This document shows positions 1 through 11,139 of a DNA stretch of 64,000 nucleotides, piece after piece (position 1 is the stretch's first letter; every line of letters begins with the position of its first letter). A program made the position numbers and the translations under genes. The DNA is from Monocercomonoides exilis PA203 (taxonomy: Eukaryota; Protista; Preaxostyla): assembly GCA_001643675.2 (NCBI GenBank), contig LSRY02000028.1, forward strand, positions 620,001 to 684,000, given 5' to 3'. The notes below the pieces were generated by a model. The model ran no database searches and was not told where the DNA came from. It saw only the letters and a list, made by a program, of their open reading frames with translations.

Positions 1-380
1 TTGTTGTTGTTCACTTCAAAGTGAACTTTTCCAATTTCATCACCTGTATTGTTGGGGTGTTTGTAATCTTTTTTTAATAAAGAAAAAGATACGATGTAAC
101 TTTTGATCGTAATAAATTTTTTTCACGCATTTTCCAAAATTAGTGGTTTTCGAATATTCCAACTTGACAAAAGAACAATTACTTCTTTTCAACTCTTCTA
201 TTTTTTTTCCCAATGCGTCGCTCTTTGAAAAAAAATCAAAACAATTCATTTTTGTTTAAATTAAACTATGTATTCAAACCACTTCTTTTGTCTTAATACA
301 ATTTTGTAATTCAAGAGGTAAAAACTTTATGAAATTATAGTTATTTGTACCTTCCGTGATAAAAGCTTACTGATATAAAA

Positions 381-662
381 GTTGATCTATTCGATAGATT
401 GATCAGATTGACAGACTGATCTATATGACAGGCTGATCAATTCGACCGACTGATCTTTGTCGAAAAAAAATAAAAAATGTTTATTTATGAATTGTTAACC
501 AATTATTAATTATTTGAAAATACATGAAAATTATATTTATCTTTTTTGTTTGAATTAAAAATTAAAAAATATTCGAAAAAAATGCAATAAGCATTTGAAT
601 AAATTTTTTTGTCGGTCGACTTGTCGAACGCTTTCAAAAAATGTCGGTCTGTCGCAAAGGTC
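381..662 (-). mobile_element. Terminus of a TIR DNA transposon extending off the left of the window (same end type as 3242)
   Basis: Reverse complement of 611-662 (GACCTTTGCGACAGACCGAC...TCGACAAGTCGACCGACAA) matches 3242-3295. It has the same subterminal ~17-bp GATCAGTCTGTCGAA-type repeats (381-463). Confidence 0.7.
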
Positions 663-741
663 TACAATTAAGTGATCACATGTTGAGTTGTGGACAAAAT
701 CAGGGAAAGGGATAAAATCCGGGAATGTCAAATGAAAAACT

Positions 742-744
<3 letters not shown>

Positions 745-809
<65 letters not shown>
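745..809 (+). repeat. 65-nt poly(A) run
   Basis: Uninterrupted A run just inside the left pogo TIR. Confidence 0.95.
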
Positions 810-812
<3 letters not shown>

Positions 813-1379
813 GAAATTGATTTTGAAAATAGCAAACACTTTCCTATTGCTCTTCAATTATTCGAAGAAATCTTTTTTTGAAATGATAAAATTATTGAAC
901 AAATACAATAAAATGTATGGATCACAAAGCCGTAATGTTTGCTTTCTCTTTCAATATGTCTTCTTTCCTTCGTCTTCAGAACTTTCAAAAGTTTTTGCCA
1001 CCGCAGAATTAAGAAGATAAAAATCAAAAGTTGAAAAAAGTGATTTTTTTTCTTTCAAGAAAAGAGATTTCACACAAAATCAAAATATCTTCTGGCTTAG
1101 TCTCTTCTTCTGCACTATATCGACTAATATCAACTTTGAGACAGGGAATGGATCCACAACATAATGGAAGATTGAATTTGTTTTATATCGAGGAACAAGA
1201 AGAAAAAGAAGACGATGACAAATGTATTTTGTTTTCAGCAGATAAAATAACATTCAAAGACATTATTAAAATAGTTTGGTTTTTGTTTGAATATTTTTTT
1301 AACTTTTTTGTGTTGCATTTCAGGGCTGAACACGTCATTCAAAGAAAAAACAGAATCAAGGATGATAACAGCGAAATTA

Positions 1380-2230
1380 CAGAAATTAATGAAAAATTGG
1401 CAAGTCATTTCAAGAAAAGAAGCAGTGCTTGACAAATGATAAAATCAAAATCCATAGAAATATAAAGGTTGCTCTGATCCTCAACGACAAACATTTCTGT
1501 GTGGTTTTCATTGCTTGGGGACTTAATTAGTACAACAAAAAATTTATGCACTGATCTGACATTTATTATTGATGAAACAGGCACAAGTTTATGAAAATAT
1601 GATAGCAATTTCGTTATGAAACGATCAGACAAAGAAGATCCAATGTTACACTCCCAACAACTTCAGCTCAACGCAGCTATGATTTTCGGAATTATTGCAG
1701 ATGGATCATCAATTAATCCAGTGATGATTTGAACCTCAAAAACTGTTGAAAAAGATCTTGCAGTATATAAATATCAACGACTTGAAATAGTGGCCAACAG
1801 AAGCGGTTGGATAACAAAAAATGACTTTGAACAAATCATGATGAAAAACATTTTTTCCACTGTTAACAAAAAAAGAATTGAATTGCATGGATCAGAAGCA
1901 TCTGCATTTATTGTTATGGACGGGCATTCATCGAGGCTTTGCTGGCCTGTGATAACATGGTGTCGTGAACATTAAATTGAAATTGTTATTCTTCCTTCGC
2001 ACGCCATACATTTGACACAACCGCTTGATCGCTATGTGTTTGCTAAATTCAAAAAAAGACTGTATTCATCTTTTTTACTTCCAATTGAAAGTGGAATATT
2101 GTCATGAAGAAAAGTTCTTGTACCAGCATTGGCAGATGCTGTGAGTGCTGCGCTTTGCACTAAAACTATTTTATAAATCGTTCCACACTTGCGGCATAGA
2201 ACCATTTGATCCTTCAGTTGTTTTAGACCG
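1380..2230 (+). pseudogene. pogo-like DDE_1 transposase pseudogene (approximate bounds)
   Basis: Motifs IDETG (~1568), SGWIT, IVMDGHSSR (~1910) and LPSHAIHLTQPLDRYVFAKFK (~1990-2053), broken by stops and frameshifts. Confidence 0.85.
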
Positions 2231-3479
2231 ACTGCTCAATCAGTATTTAATTACAAAAATATCTTCAATTAATTCTTCAGCCTGTGTTTCAAATGTTGTT
2301 TAAAACATGAAAGTTCTAACAAGCAATGATTTTGTTCAGGACAACGAACCAAGTGAAGAAGGTTTAAAAATTTTCATAAAATTTGAATGAAATGAATATT
2401 TTTTTTTTAATTTTTATTTTTTAACTCCAAGAAAAAGAAAAAAGAAAATCCAGCACCTTGAAAAACAATCTTCAAAAGCAAATGTCAGAGAGGAAACCAA
2501 ACAACAATAAATGTGATTGGAAAACAAAACGCAAGATTTCAGAACAAACTCATGAAGAAGAAATGGATGAACATTTTCTGTTTTCAGGAGAAAAACGAAA
2601 AAGAAAACAAGTGTCTGAAACAAAATGTTGATAACAATTTTAATACAGCTGATAGCGACTTTCCTTTTCATACAATTTTTTTTTTATTTATTGATAGAAA
2701 TTTTCTCATTATGTTCGAATATTTTCATATTGTCTCATATCAGAAAATGTTTCTTTTCGATCATGATTTTGAATGCTAGCTTCATGCTGCAATCAAGAAA
2801 AACACATTATAAAAACATCGTATGAACATTTTTTTCAAATAAACATTTATTTTTGTTAATTCAAAAAAAGAAATCAGGAAGTGGAGTCTATTGTTGAAAA
2901 ACTCCTCAATTCATTGGACATTCCCGGGTTTTGTCCCTTTCCAGTGTTTTGTCCACTGCTTTAATTGAGAAAATATCTCTCTCTTTTATCTTTAACACTG
3001 AATTTTTATACCATTTCAATACATTTATCAATTGAATAATAATATTCTTAACAAAGACAATAAAAAATTAGTCTTAGAATTGAAATACATTAAAAAGTTA
3101 AAAATGAAAAAATGATCACACTTATGGAGCAGATAAAATGATTTCAAAAATATTTTCTCTTTTAATGGGTGTTTTTGTTTCTTGTAGCTCTAATTAACAG
3201 AAAATTTTGTTGGTTATAAACCTTTTAATAATTTATATTCAGGCCTTTGCGACAGACAGACTTTTTACCGAAGACCTCGACAAGTCGACCGACAATGACA
3301 ATAAGTTTATTTTGATCTTTTTTATTATGACAAAAACATTAGCAAAAAAATGTGTAACATTTTATTTTTTTCTGTTTAACTGAATGATAATCTGATAGTT
3401 GAAAACATTATTTGAAGTGCATCAAACTTTTTAAAAAAAAACATCATTCTTTTATAGGAAATCGACATATCTTTGTCGA

Positions 3480-3564
3480 GATCAATCTGTCGAAAGATCA
3501 GTCTGCCGAAAGATCAGTCTGTCGGAAGATCAGTCGGACGAACTGATCTATCTGTCGAATTGAT
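3480..3564 (+). repeat. Subterminal tandem array, 5 units of 16-17 bp (GATCAGTCTGTCGAAA consensus)
   Basis: Units start at 3480, 3496, 3512, 3528 and 3545. An inverted counterpart lies at 381-463. Confidence 0.85.
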
Positions 3565-6500
3565 TTATTTCAAAAGCATTTCATCCATTCGGTGTTTGTT
3601 TTAAATACTATTATAAAGAGAATGATGCAATGTTAAAAAACAAACGAAACAGGGGAAAATATCTTGCTTTTGATGGCATTTTAAAGCATTTGCTATAATA
3701 AAGGGGATTTGACATTTTTGACAAAATCACCATAAAAATAGTACACTTTGCAATTGGCTGTGCATTTGAATGATCTTGTAACCTTCTCTAAGTTATGCTT
3801 CATACAGTTTAACAAGTTTTATTTCAGAAATTTTCATTTAAAATGCAGCAGTGCAAAGAAGATGTTCAAAAATTTTCCTGTTTGTCACAATTCAGTATTT
3901 GTTCTACGAGCATAGGTCAAAGGTTAATTATTGAAAGTGAAAACATCAATTTGAAAGTGGAAATACGAGAGAGAAGGATTTTTTCTATCGAAAAATTCAG
4001 AAAAAAAAGATTCCTCATTAAAAATGCTGCAATAAAAAAATACAAGGCAGAATGCGCATGCAAGTGCAACTGGAAATATTAAGAAAATCAGCATTAAATA
4101 AGCGTCAGCATTAATACGCTCAAAAAAATTTTTCCCATTTCATTTTGTTGGAGTCGTTTTTGAAATATTTTGTTGCCCAATTGTTTCTGACTTTTTGAAG
4201 ATCTCGTTGATTGCAAAGAAAACATAACTCTTCGAAATAGGCAATCTTCTTTATTAACTGAAAAATAGGAATAGATTAGTTCATTTTCATAAAAACAAAA
4301 TTATGAATCAAGAAATCTGATAAAAGAGGCAAATGCTTCTAATTTTTCTTATTGTGTTTTTTTATTCTATAATGGTACCATTGGTGCCAAACTCGGAACC
4401 TGGTGCCAAACCCGGAACTGGCAAATATTTGTGTAATTTGAAAAAAATAATAACTTATTGCAAACAAAGAACGAAGAGCTCTCATTCAAAATTTGACTAT
4501 GCTTATTATTATTTATTTATATTTTTTTATCAAAAACGCTAATACATTCGTATTCATAAAAATTGTTTAATTCATCAATTATCCAAAAATAAATATTGTA
4601 AACAAGATAACAATAAAAATAAAATATCACATCACGATTTGTTTTATATTTGTGAATGAAAAATTAATATGTGTTAAAAAATATTTGTGATTCACATGGT
4701 TATGATCAAATGTGAAAAAATTATTTTGTCATAAGAATGTGAAAAGTTATTGGCAAGCTCAACCACAACTTGCGAGAGAGGTTTGCTTTAAATATTTCAA
4801 GAAGCCTTTAATAGCAATTTATCTTTCTTTTAATTTACAACTATAATTTTATGAATACGTCTGCCAGATACCTGTTTTGTCTCAAGCATGCTTTTTTTCG
4901 TAGCAGACGTTCCAAAAGTAAAGATTACAGTCTGTTATTATTGGAATGAAAATTATTCTATTATTGTTTGTTATGCATCACTTTTAAAAGCTTCAAAAAC
5001 GGGGCTATAACTGCAGTGTTTAATATATATTTTTTTAAAGTTTGTTGGTATTTAATTTGTTCAATGATAAGACAAACTTTGTTTATATGTTATTTATACT
5101 AATGACTTACTGTAGTTAATATTTTGATTCAAATAAATACATATTCAGCTATTATTTATGTTGATATTATTTGGGTCATTATTTTTGAAAGCATGCAAGC
5201 TCTATTAAAATTTTCGGTCATTTTTCATGTTTCGATAAATTGTTAAATTTTCAAATATAACAACAATTAAAAAAAGAATTTTTGTTAAAAACAGTTTTTT
5301 ATATTTTTTGAGTGAGCATTCGCTATTTTGAAACTCAAAAGTATTTTTTTGCTCATTTCACAAAATTATCATATTATTCCATCATTTTCATTGACACTTC
5401 TGTTTAACTTTAGGTGATAATAATATTTTCGTGAGAAAAATGAAAAGTGAAAAAACATTATTTGTCGTTTTCTAAAAAAAAAAATATTAACAATTATTTT
5501 TCTGATCATGATAAAACATTCGGTATTGTTTATGTGAAGAATTGATAGTAACATTGTGTTCAAAAATAGCATTGAAGATAGCAGTTCGATGAAAAAATAA
5601 TTGCTTGTTTTCAATATTTATTCAGTTTGTTCTTTGTTTTAACACTTTATGATATTTCATTTTTGCAAACTAAAACACTTGATCGTGAATTTTTCATCAG
5701 ATATATCTGTGCAATGTATGATGCTCTTTACAAATATTTGTTCTGTTTCAGAATATATTCTACAGAAATGTATTCACGAACAAATTATAATTCAACGAAA
5801 GCATTCATGCTATAAATTTCATGGAATAACATAATTGTCAAAGGAACAATGTGAATTTTCTGTGATGCAAAAAACATTTCTCTTTTTCTGAATTTCATCG
5901 TTCTGATAAAGGAATAAATTTAGCAAAAATTCAAATTTTCTTTACACCGCTGTTTCACGTTCTTGTCAGCCAATAACACAATCCTTCCTTTTGATTTCTC
6001 ATTTCGCCACAAACAATACAAAAGTGTCTAATACCACGGTTATTATTTGCTTCAAGTTTTGGAGTGTGAAAATGATTTCAAAACGGTTTGAAACTCCAAA
6101 TGTTCCGATCAATTGATGAAAACAGTTTCTGATTTTGTTTAACGATAGCAAAGAATTTTTAAACTGCGTGAGTTCAAGAAGCTCATCATCACTTTGCAAA
6201 TGAAGCAGAAGATTTAATGAAATCACCCAGAAGTTACAATACCGTTTCTGAATGTGAAGAATTTGGGAATGCAACACACGAGTTTAACAAAAAAAAAAAA
6301 AGAGCAATGAATCAATAAACAAAAATAAAGATAATAAATAAGTCGAATATATTATTTTGAATATATTAAATATTACTGAAACAGTGAAAGCCCTTCTGAG
6401 AACGTATTTTCTTTTATTCACATGCAAACATCATATGTTTTTTTCTTTTTTAAAAAAATAAGAAATCACATTCTCAAAATAGCTATTATATTTTTGAATG

Positions 6501-6686
6501 AACAATATCTCCAAAACTTTCGAAAAATGCAGATTACAAAATTTATTGGAATAAAATTAACACAAAAATATTTAAACAAAAATTCCGGCCGAAAAAGTCA
6601 ATACAAAAACAAAACGAAACTATCAAATAATAAACTTTCATTTAATTTTGAATTTGTTCAAAAATGACTTATCAAGCGTTTGCCCT

Positions 6687-6772
6687 GGGAGGCTGATTCT
6701 GGACCCAAAGCCTTCAAGGGACTGTGCTGGACCGGTCACAGCACAGTCCCAGGACGGAATCAGCCTTGCCCC
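6687..6772. other. GC-rich nested hairpin
   Basis: Perfect 12-bp stem 6718-6729/6739-6750 inside a 10-bp stem 6690-6699/6757-6766, in very AT-rich surroundings. Confidence 0.8.
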
Positions 6773-6938
6773 TTCATTTTCTGCACACAGCAAAAAAACC
6801 GGAGTACTTTAATTTTTTTGGAAAAATATTCCAAAAAAGTTAAAGCTTGAGCAACAAACAACTTGAAAAGTTCATTTTCAAAACAAAGACAAAATTATTT
6901 GAAAGCAGAATACAACAAATCAAAAAACTTTTGCAAAA

Positions 6939-8460
6939 CTAATTTAATAAACAACAGTGTTTTTTTCTTTCAGTGAACAATTTTAACGTATTGCTTCCAA
7001 TTAACTCAACTTGTGGAACAGACTCACGAATTGAAAATTGTTTTTTATTTTTTTCATCTCTCACCCTTTCCTCTTTAAAATTCATCTTGACATCCCCTTT
7101 TGAATTCGATGGAGAAGTAACAGATCTGAAAATATTTTCATTTCGCTTTTCGCAAAATAAGAAGGTTTTCACTGCATCTGCCTTCAGCTTTTTCCAAAGA
7201 ATTATATTGGAAGCGTTGTACCTGAAAAAAATATGTTATAAAAAAAAGAAAAAAGATCAACAATCATCAAAAGAAAAAAAGATAAAAATATAACAACCTT
7301 GAAAAATACCGATATGTATTTTTTTGTTCATTAAGGTTAAAATCATTCAGTGAATGAAAGTTGTGCGTGATCTTATTGAAAAAATCAATTAGTTCATCAA
7401 TATTATTTATTGAGATATCATTGTTCAATTCGTAATTTAGCAGATGTGTCAAACTCCCGAACTTACCTTCACACTCACATTTACCATGTTTTTCACAAAA
7501 AAATGATAAAGTGGTGGTTTAATTGATTGCAAATGAAGAATTATTAGACAAAAGAAAATGAAGGAGTTGTGAATTGCGAAAGTGTGGCCCAGTGTCGCGC
7601 ATGAAATGAAATGTGTTTGTTTGTTTAAGCATTGGCAATGAAAGAACGTTTTGCAAACACTTAATGGTGAATCGATAATCATGAGTGAGAATCTTCGAAA
7701 AGAAATTGAAAACGTGTTTTGTTCTGTTGTTTTTATCGTCCAAAACATAAACAATCACACAAAAGTGAGATGCACTTTCTTTGGAATAGAAATCTTTGCT
7801 TAGTTGATTTCTCCGAATTGAAAAAGTCCAATTTTCTTTGAAGTCAAATAGAATTAATGCTTCGTTTGTAGTTAAGTTGTTCTTCAAAAATCTGAAGTGA
7901 CTTTGTTGATGAGATGCTAGAAGTCGATGATCTTCAATAAGTTGTATTGTTTCTTTTTTTTTTCTGAAAGATCAGAATTCTTTGATTTGAGGTTGTCTCG
8001 TTTCTTTTGAAGAGAGGAATACATTTCGCATAAATGGCATAAATCTGTTCGACGCTTGGTCTGCTTAATATGTTTGGTTTTTTTTATAGAAAGTGCTTCT
8101 GGACATTTTTATAATGGTTTCTTTAAATTTTTCAAACAACTTGGCCTTAGTCATGTTTATTATTCGAGTCGGAGGTTTTTTCATTTGAAAATTAATCTGC
8201 TTTTGATGATTCTGTGTGAAGTTCTTTTTGATTGAGGAGTTTCTGCCTTTGAAGCAATTTCTTGTTTCCGATGAAGATGTTGCATTTTTTAAGAAAGTGC
8301 GATGTTTTGAATGAATTGGCTGATGCAATGAAGTGGCTGAATATTGTTGAATTGATGAAGTAATTGAGTCATTCGCATGAGGAGTGTTGTTTGAAATGTT
8401 AAAGAAATTGAAGTGAAAAGGGAAGGTGATGATATGTAATTTGTCTTTGATGATAGACAT
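6939..8460 (-). pseudogene. Sola-like DDE transposase pseudogene
   Basis: Collinear motifs LFEKFK..MSRSTFYK, KRRTDLCHLC, HRLLASHQ, DFKENW, FSKILTHD, DTGPHFRN and FFCEKHGKCECEGKFG. One in-frame TAA at 7519-7521 plus frameshifts near homopolymer runs. Sola2 affinity is from recalled motif pattern. Confidence 0.75.
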
Positions 8461-9683
8461 AAAGAATTTGTTCCTCCATCTTCACTGTTCTTCATGCTAT
8501 TTGCTGTATGCTTCTCGAACGAATTAATTCTGATATCGTCGTGATGATTTTGAGACATGAAAATATCGCGTCCAATGTTGAATAAGTTGGGGGAGAATGG
8601 ATTCTGAAGATTATAGAAGCGCTGCTTATTGTTGCGAACGTATACAAATAAAAATGGAAGAGAACCACCATTTATTTGTCTTTTTATTTCTGATTGCACA
8701 TTTTGTCCAACCACCGAAATATTTTCATCGTTGCATAATATCCATTCATCATTCGACAAATGAACATTGTCCTCTTTTTGATTCAAGCAAAAAGAGAAAA
8801 AATGTCCAGATTCATTATTCCCTTGAAAGAACAACACAGAAATCAAACTGAAGTTACAAGCTCCTTCAACATGACAATCACCACATTTTAATCCTTCCAT
8901 ATCATTTGAAAATGACAAACAAAAAGGAACATTCAACGTATTTTCTCTGTTGTTATTTAAAGGTTCAAGCGAAATGGCCAAAATATTTGGAAACTGAATT
9001 ATATTTAAAATTGCCAATTGATTTGTATTATATTTGCATTTTTCGCAAAATGCATCTCTATTGTTATGATTTGATGTGCTAAATTGAAAAGATTTGTTTA
9101 ATGATTTGATGATATCATCACCATTCAAACGAATAATTGGAGAGGTTTCTGAAAAACCAAATGAAAAACTGTTACAAACTGAGCACTTTTTGGGAAAATT
9201 AATCTGAGCACACATTTCTTTTGAAAGGGCTGGAGTTGCATACGACAAATCACTGTCGATATTCAGAAATGCCTCATAGAATTCTTGCTGATTTCCTCTG
9301 AAAAAACGGTGTTCATTTTCCCATTGTTTGACAAATGATAGTGTCCATTTTGAGTTGATGTTTGAGTTGAAACCGCATTTACTGCTCTTGAAGGTAGAAA
9401 CAAGTTGGATTAAGTTGTCAAAATATGAATTCTTTGATACACTTTTAACTTCTAAGTGATCAAAAAATTGATATATTGATATGAACACTTGAATCAAAGA
9501 AGCCAAATAACAGGTATTACCAAAATTCTGTAAATGATAACAGCTTGTCGGTGCTGAATGCTTGTCGACCGATGAATCTTTTGATGCATTAAACCATTGA
9601 TCCCGATCATTACCATTTGACCCATAAATGCTAATAATATCTTTGAATGAAGAACGAGACAAATCTTCGTCGATGGATTCCAT
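8289..9683 (-). CDS. Ubiquitin-specific protease (peptidase C19) inside the Sola-like element
   Basis: 464-aa open ORF: Cys box LQNFGNTCYLASLIQ, QQE(D)-type motif, two CxxC pairs, His box GNNESGHFFSF, WILCNDENIS. Confidence 0.85.
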   Translation of the reverse strand: MESIDEDLSRSSFKDIISIYGSNGNDRDQWFNASKDSSVDKHSAPTSCYHLQNFGNTCYLASLIQVFISIYQFFDHLEVKSVSKNSYFDNLIQLVSTFKSSKCGFNSNINSKWTLSFVKQWENEHRFFRGNQQEFYEAFLNIDSDLSYATPALSKEMCAQINFPKKCSVCNSFSFGFSETSPIIRLNGDDIIKSLNKSFQFSTSNHNNRDAFCEKCKYNTNQLAILNIIQFPNILAISLEPLNNNRENTLNVPFCLSFSNDMEGLKCGDCHVEGACNFSLISVLFFQGNNESGHFFSFCLNQKEDNVHLSNDEWILCNDENISVVGQNVQSEIKRQINGGSLPFLFVYVRNNKQRFYNLQNPFSPNLFNIGRDIFMSQNHHDDIRINSFEKHTANSMKNSEDGGTNSLCLSSKTNYISSPSLFTSISLTFQTTLLMRMTQLLHQFNNIQPLHCISQFIQNIALS

Positions 9684-9737
9684 TTCAATGTCTCCATCAC
9701 AAACATCATTTGAATTGTTTTAATTTTCAATGTCTGA

Positions 9738-10850
9738 TTACGCGAAATTAAAAGCACCACCATTTAATATTGGACCTTTGATTAGCTGATGTGATCTGCA
9801 TTCGCAGTCAATCCATTGATCGATTCCTTGATGAATGCTATTAAACTTGGGTGAATAAATATCATTTATTTCAATTTCAGGAGACCCAAAGTCCAAGTCT
9901 GCAATTTGGTCACTTTGAAAATAGTTTTTCAGAGGATCGATATCTTCCTCCATGCAATCATCTGAATTTAAAATTGAAAAATCATCATCTTCACAATCCA
10001 TTGAGCCTTTTCCGAATTAACTTGTAATTCAATTTGTTTCGTATGAAAGAATAAAGCATACATTCGTTTAACTGTACTATCCGTCTCGAACCTTCCGAAA
10101 ATTCAGTTGAGTTTTCTATCAGAACATTCAAGAATTTTTCCTCGTCTGTTTTGCTGAGCTCTTGGTTTATCCATCAAAAAATTTAGAAAAAAAATATACC
10201 ATTTTATTAAAAAATGAATCCAAACTTGATTTAAAGGGTGGAAGAGTAGGTTTATTTGGATATGGAATATCAAAAATTTCAGAAGAACTGTTTTGCTTTG
10301 CAAGTTTATAATTTCCGATTGTGCAGTTAAAATAAAACATAAGAAGCTGCTGATAGCTGAATTCGTGGCATAAACATTTGAGAACAGAAACTATTGAATG
10401 AACATTGAGTTCATTATTGTAAACAGATGCCAGCCTCATAACAACATATTTATTTTTGTCTATTGAAAAAGATAGAAAGATTATTGTTCAAAGAAAGATA
10501 ACATCAACAGAAAACGAAAAACCATTGAATATCTTCTGAATTTGAGGATATAACTTTTTTCCTTTATTTGTATGTTGAAACATGAACTCCATCAAAATAA
10601 CAGGGTCTCCGTATGACTGTTCTTCCAAAAATTTCCAGGATTTGCTGCACTTTTCACTTTTCCTGGAACTTGACAATTCAGAAAATACTTTTCCATCCAT
10701 GATCATCATCTGATATTTCGTATTCGTTGGTCTAAAAAAAAGAATCGATCTTTTCATTTTTTACAAAATGCTGGATGACAGATGAAAATATAAAAGCTGA
10801 CATGAGTTTTTCATGAATTTTTTGACTTTTTATTTCGATGTTTCCAAGAT
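9738..10850 (-). pseudogene. Disrupted unknown coding sequence upstream of the USP (approximate bounds)
   Basis: Successive minus-strand ORF fragments (10488-10757, 10167-10439, 9738-10001) with protein-like composition. No family recognised. Confidence 0.4.
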
Positions 10851-10889
10851 AGCTTCAATTATTAACTTTTTTCTTCCAATGAATTATAT

Positions 10890-11129
10890 GGGTGATTCTT
10901 TTTGAAAAGTCACAAATGTTAAATTTTCAAATAAATCAAAAATTAAATATTTTGCTCAAATTTCTGTTTCACCTCACAAATCTTCTTAAGAATGTTTGAA
11001 ATAGCATTATCAAGATATTGATTCCATGTTTGTGAAGTTTGGTGTCCGCGGACAAAAATTTCATAAAAATACGAAATTATTGATTTATTTGAAAATTAAA
11101 CATTTGTGACTTTTCAAAAAGAATCACCC
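10890..11129. mobile_element. 240-bp MITE of the GGG-ended family, ATAT TSD
   Basis: ATAT|GGGTGATTCTTTTTGAAAAGTCACAAATGTT...AACATTTGTGACTTTTCAAAAAGAATCACCC|ATAT; TIR about 50 bp. Confidence 0.92.
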
Positions 11130-11139
11130 ATATGAAATG

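Larger units (their letters stand above)
690..2956 (+). mobile_element. Decayed pogo/Tc1-mariner-type DNA transposon with ~46-bp TIRs
   Basis: 690-735 GTGGACAAAATCAGGGAAAGGGATAAAATCCGGGAATGTCAAATGA is inverted at 2911-2956 with a few mismatches and contains 18-bp internal direct repeats. It encloses transposase motifs. TSD not recoverable. Confidence 0.85.

Noticed and set aside
3480-3564. CRISPR-like array
   Set aside because: Contiguous 16-17-bp tandem units without unique spacers, eukaryotic context, no cas genes.
6687-6772. Hammerhead ribozyme, SRP RNA or tRNA
   Set aside because: No CUGANGA/GAAA core, no complete SRP helix-8 motif, no cloverleaf.
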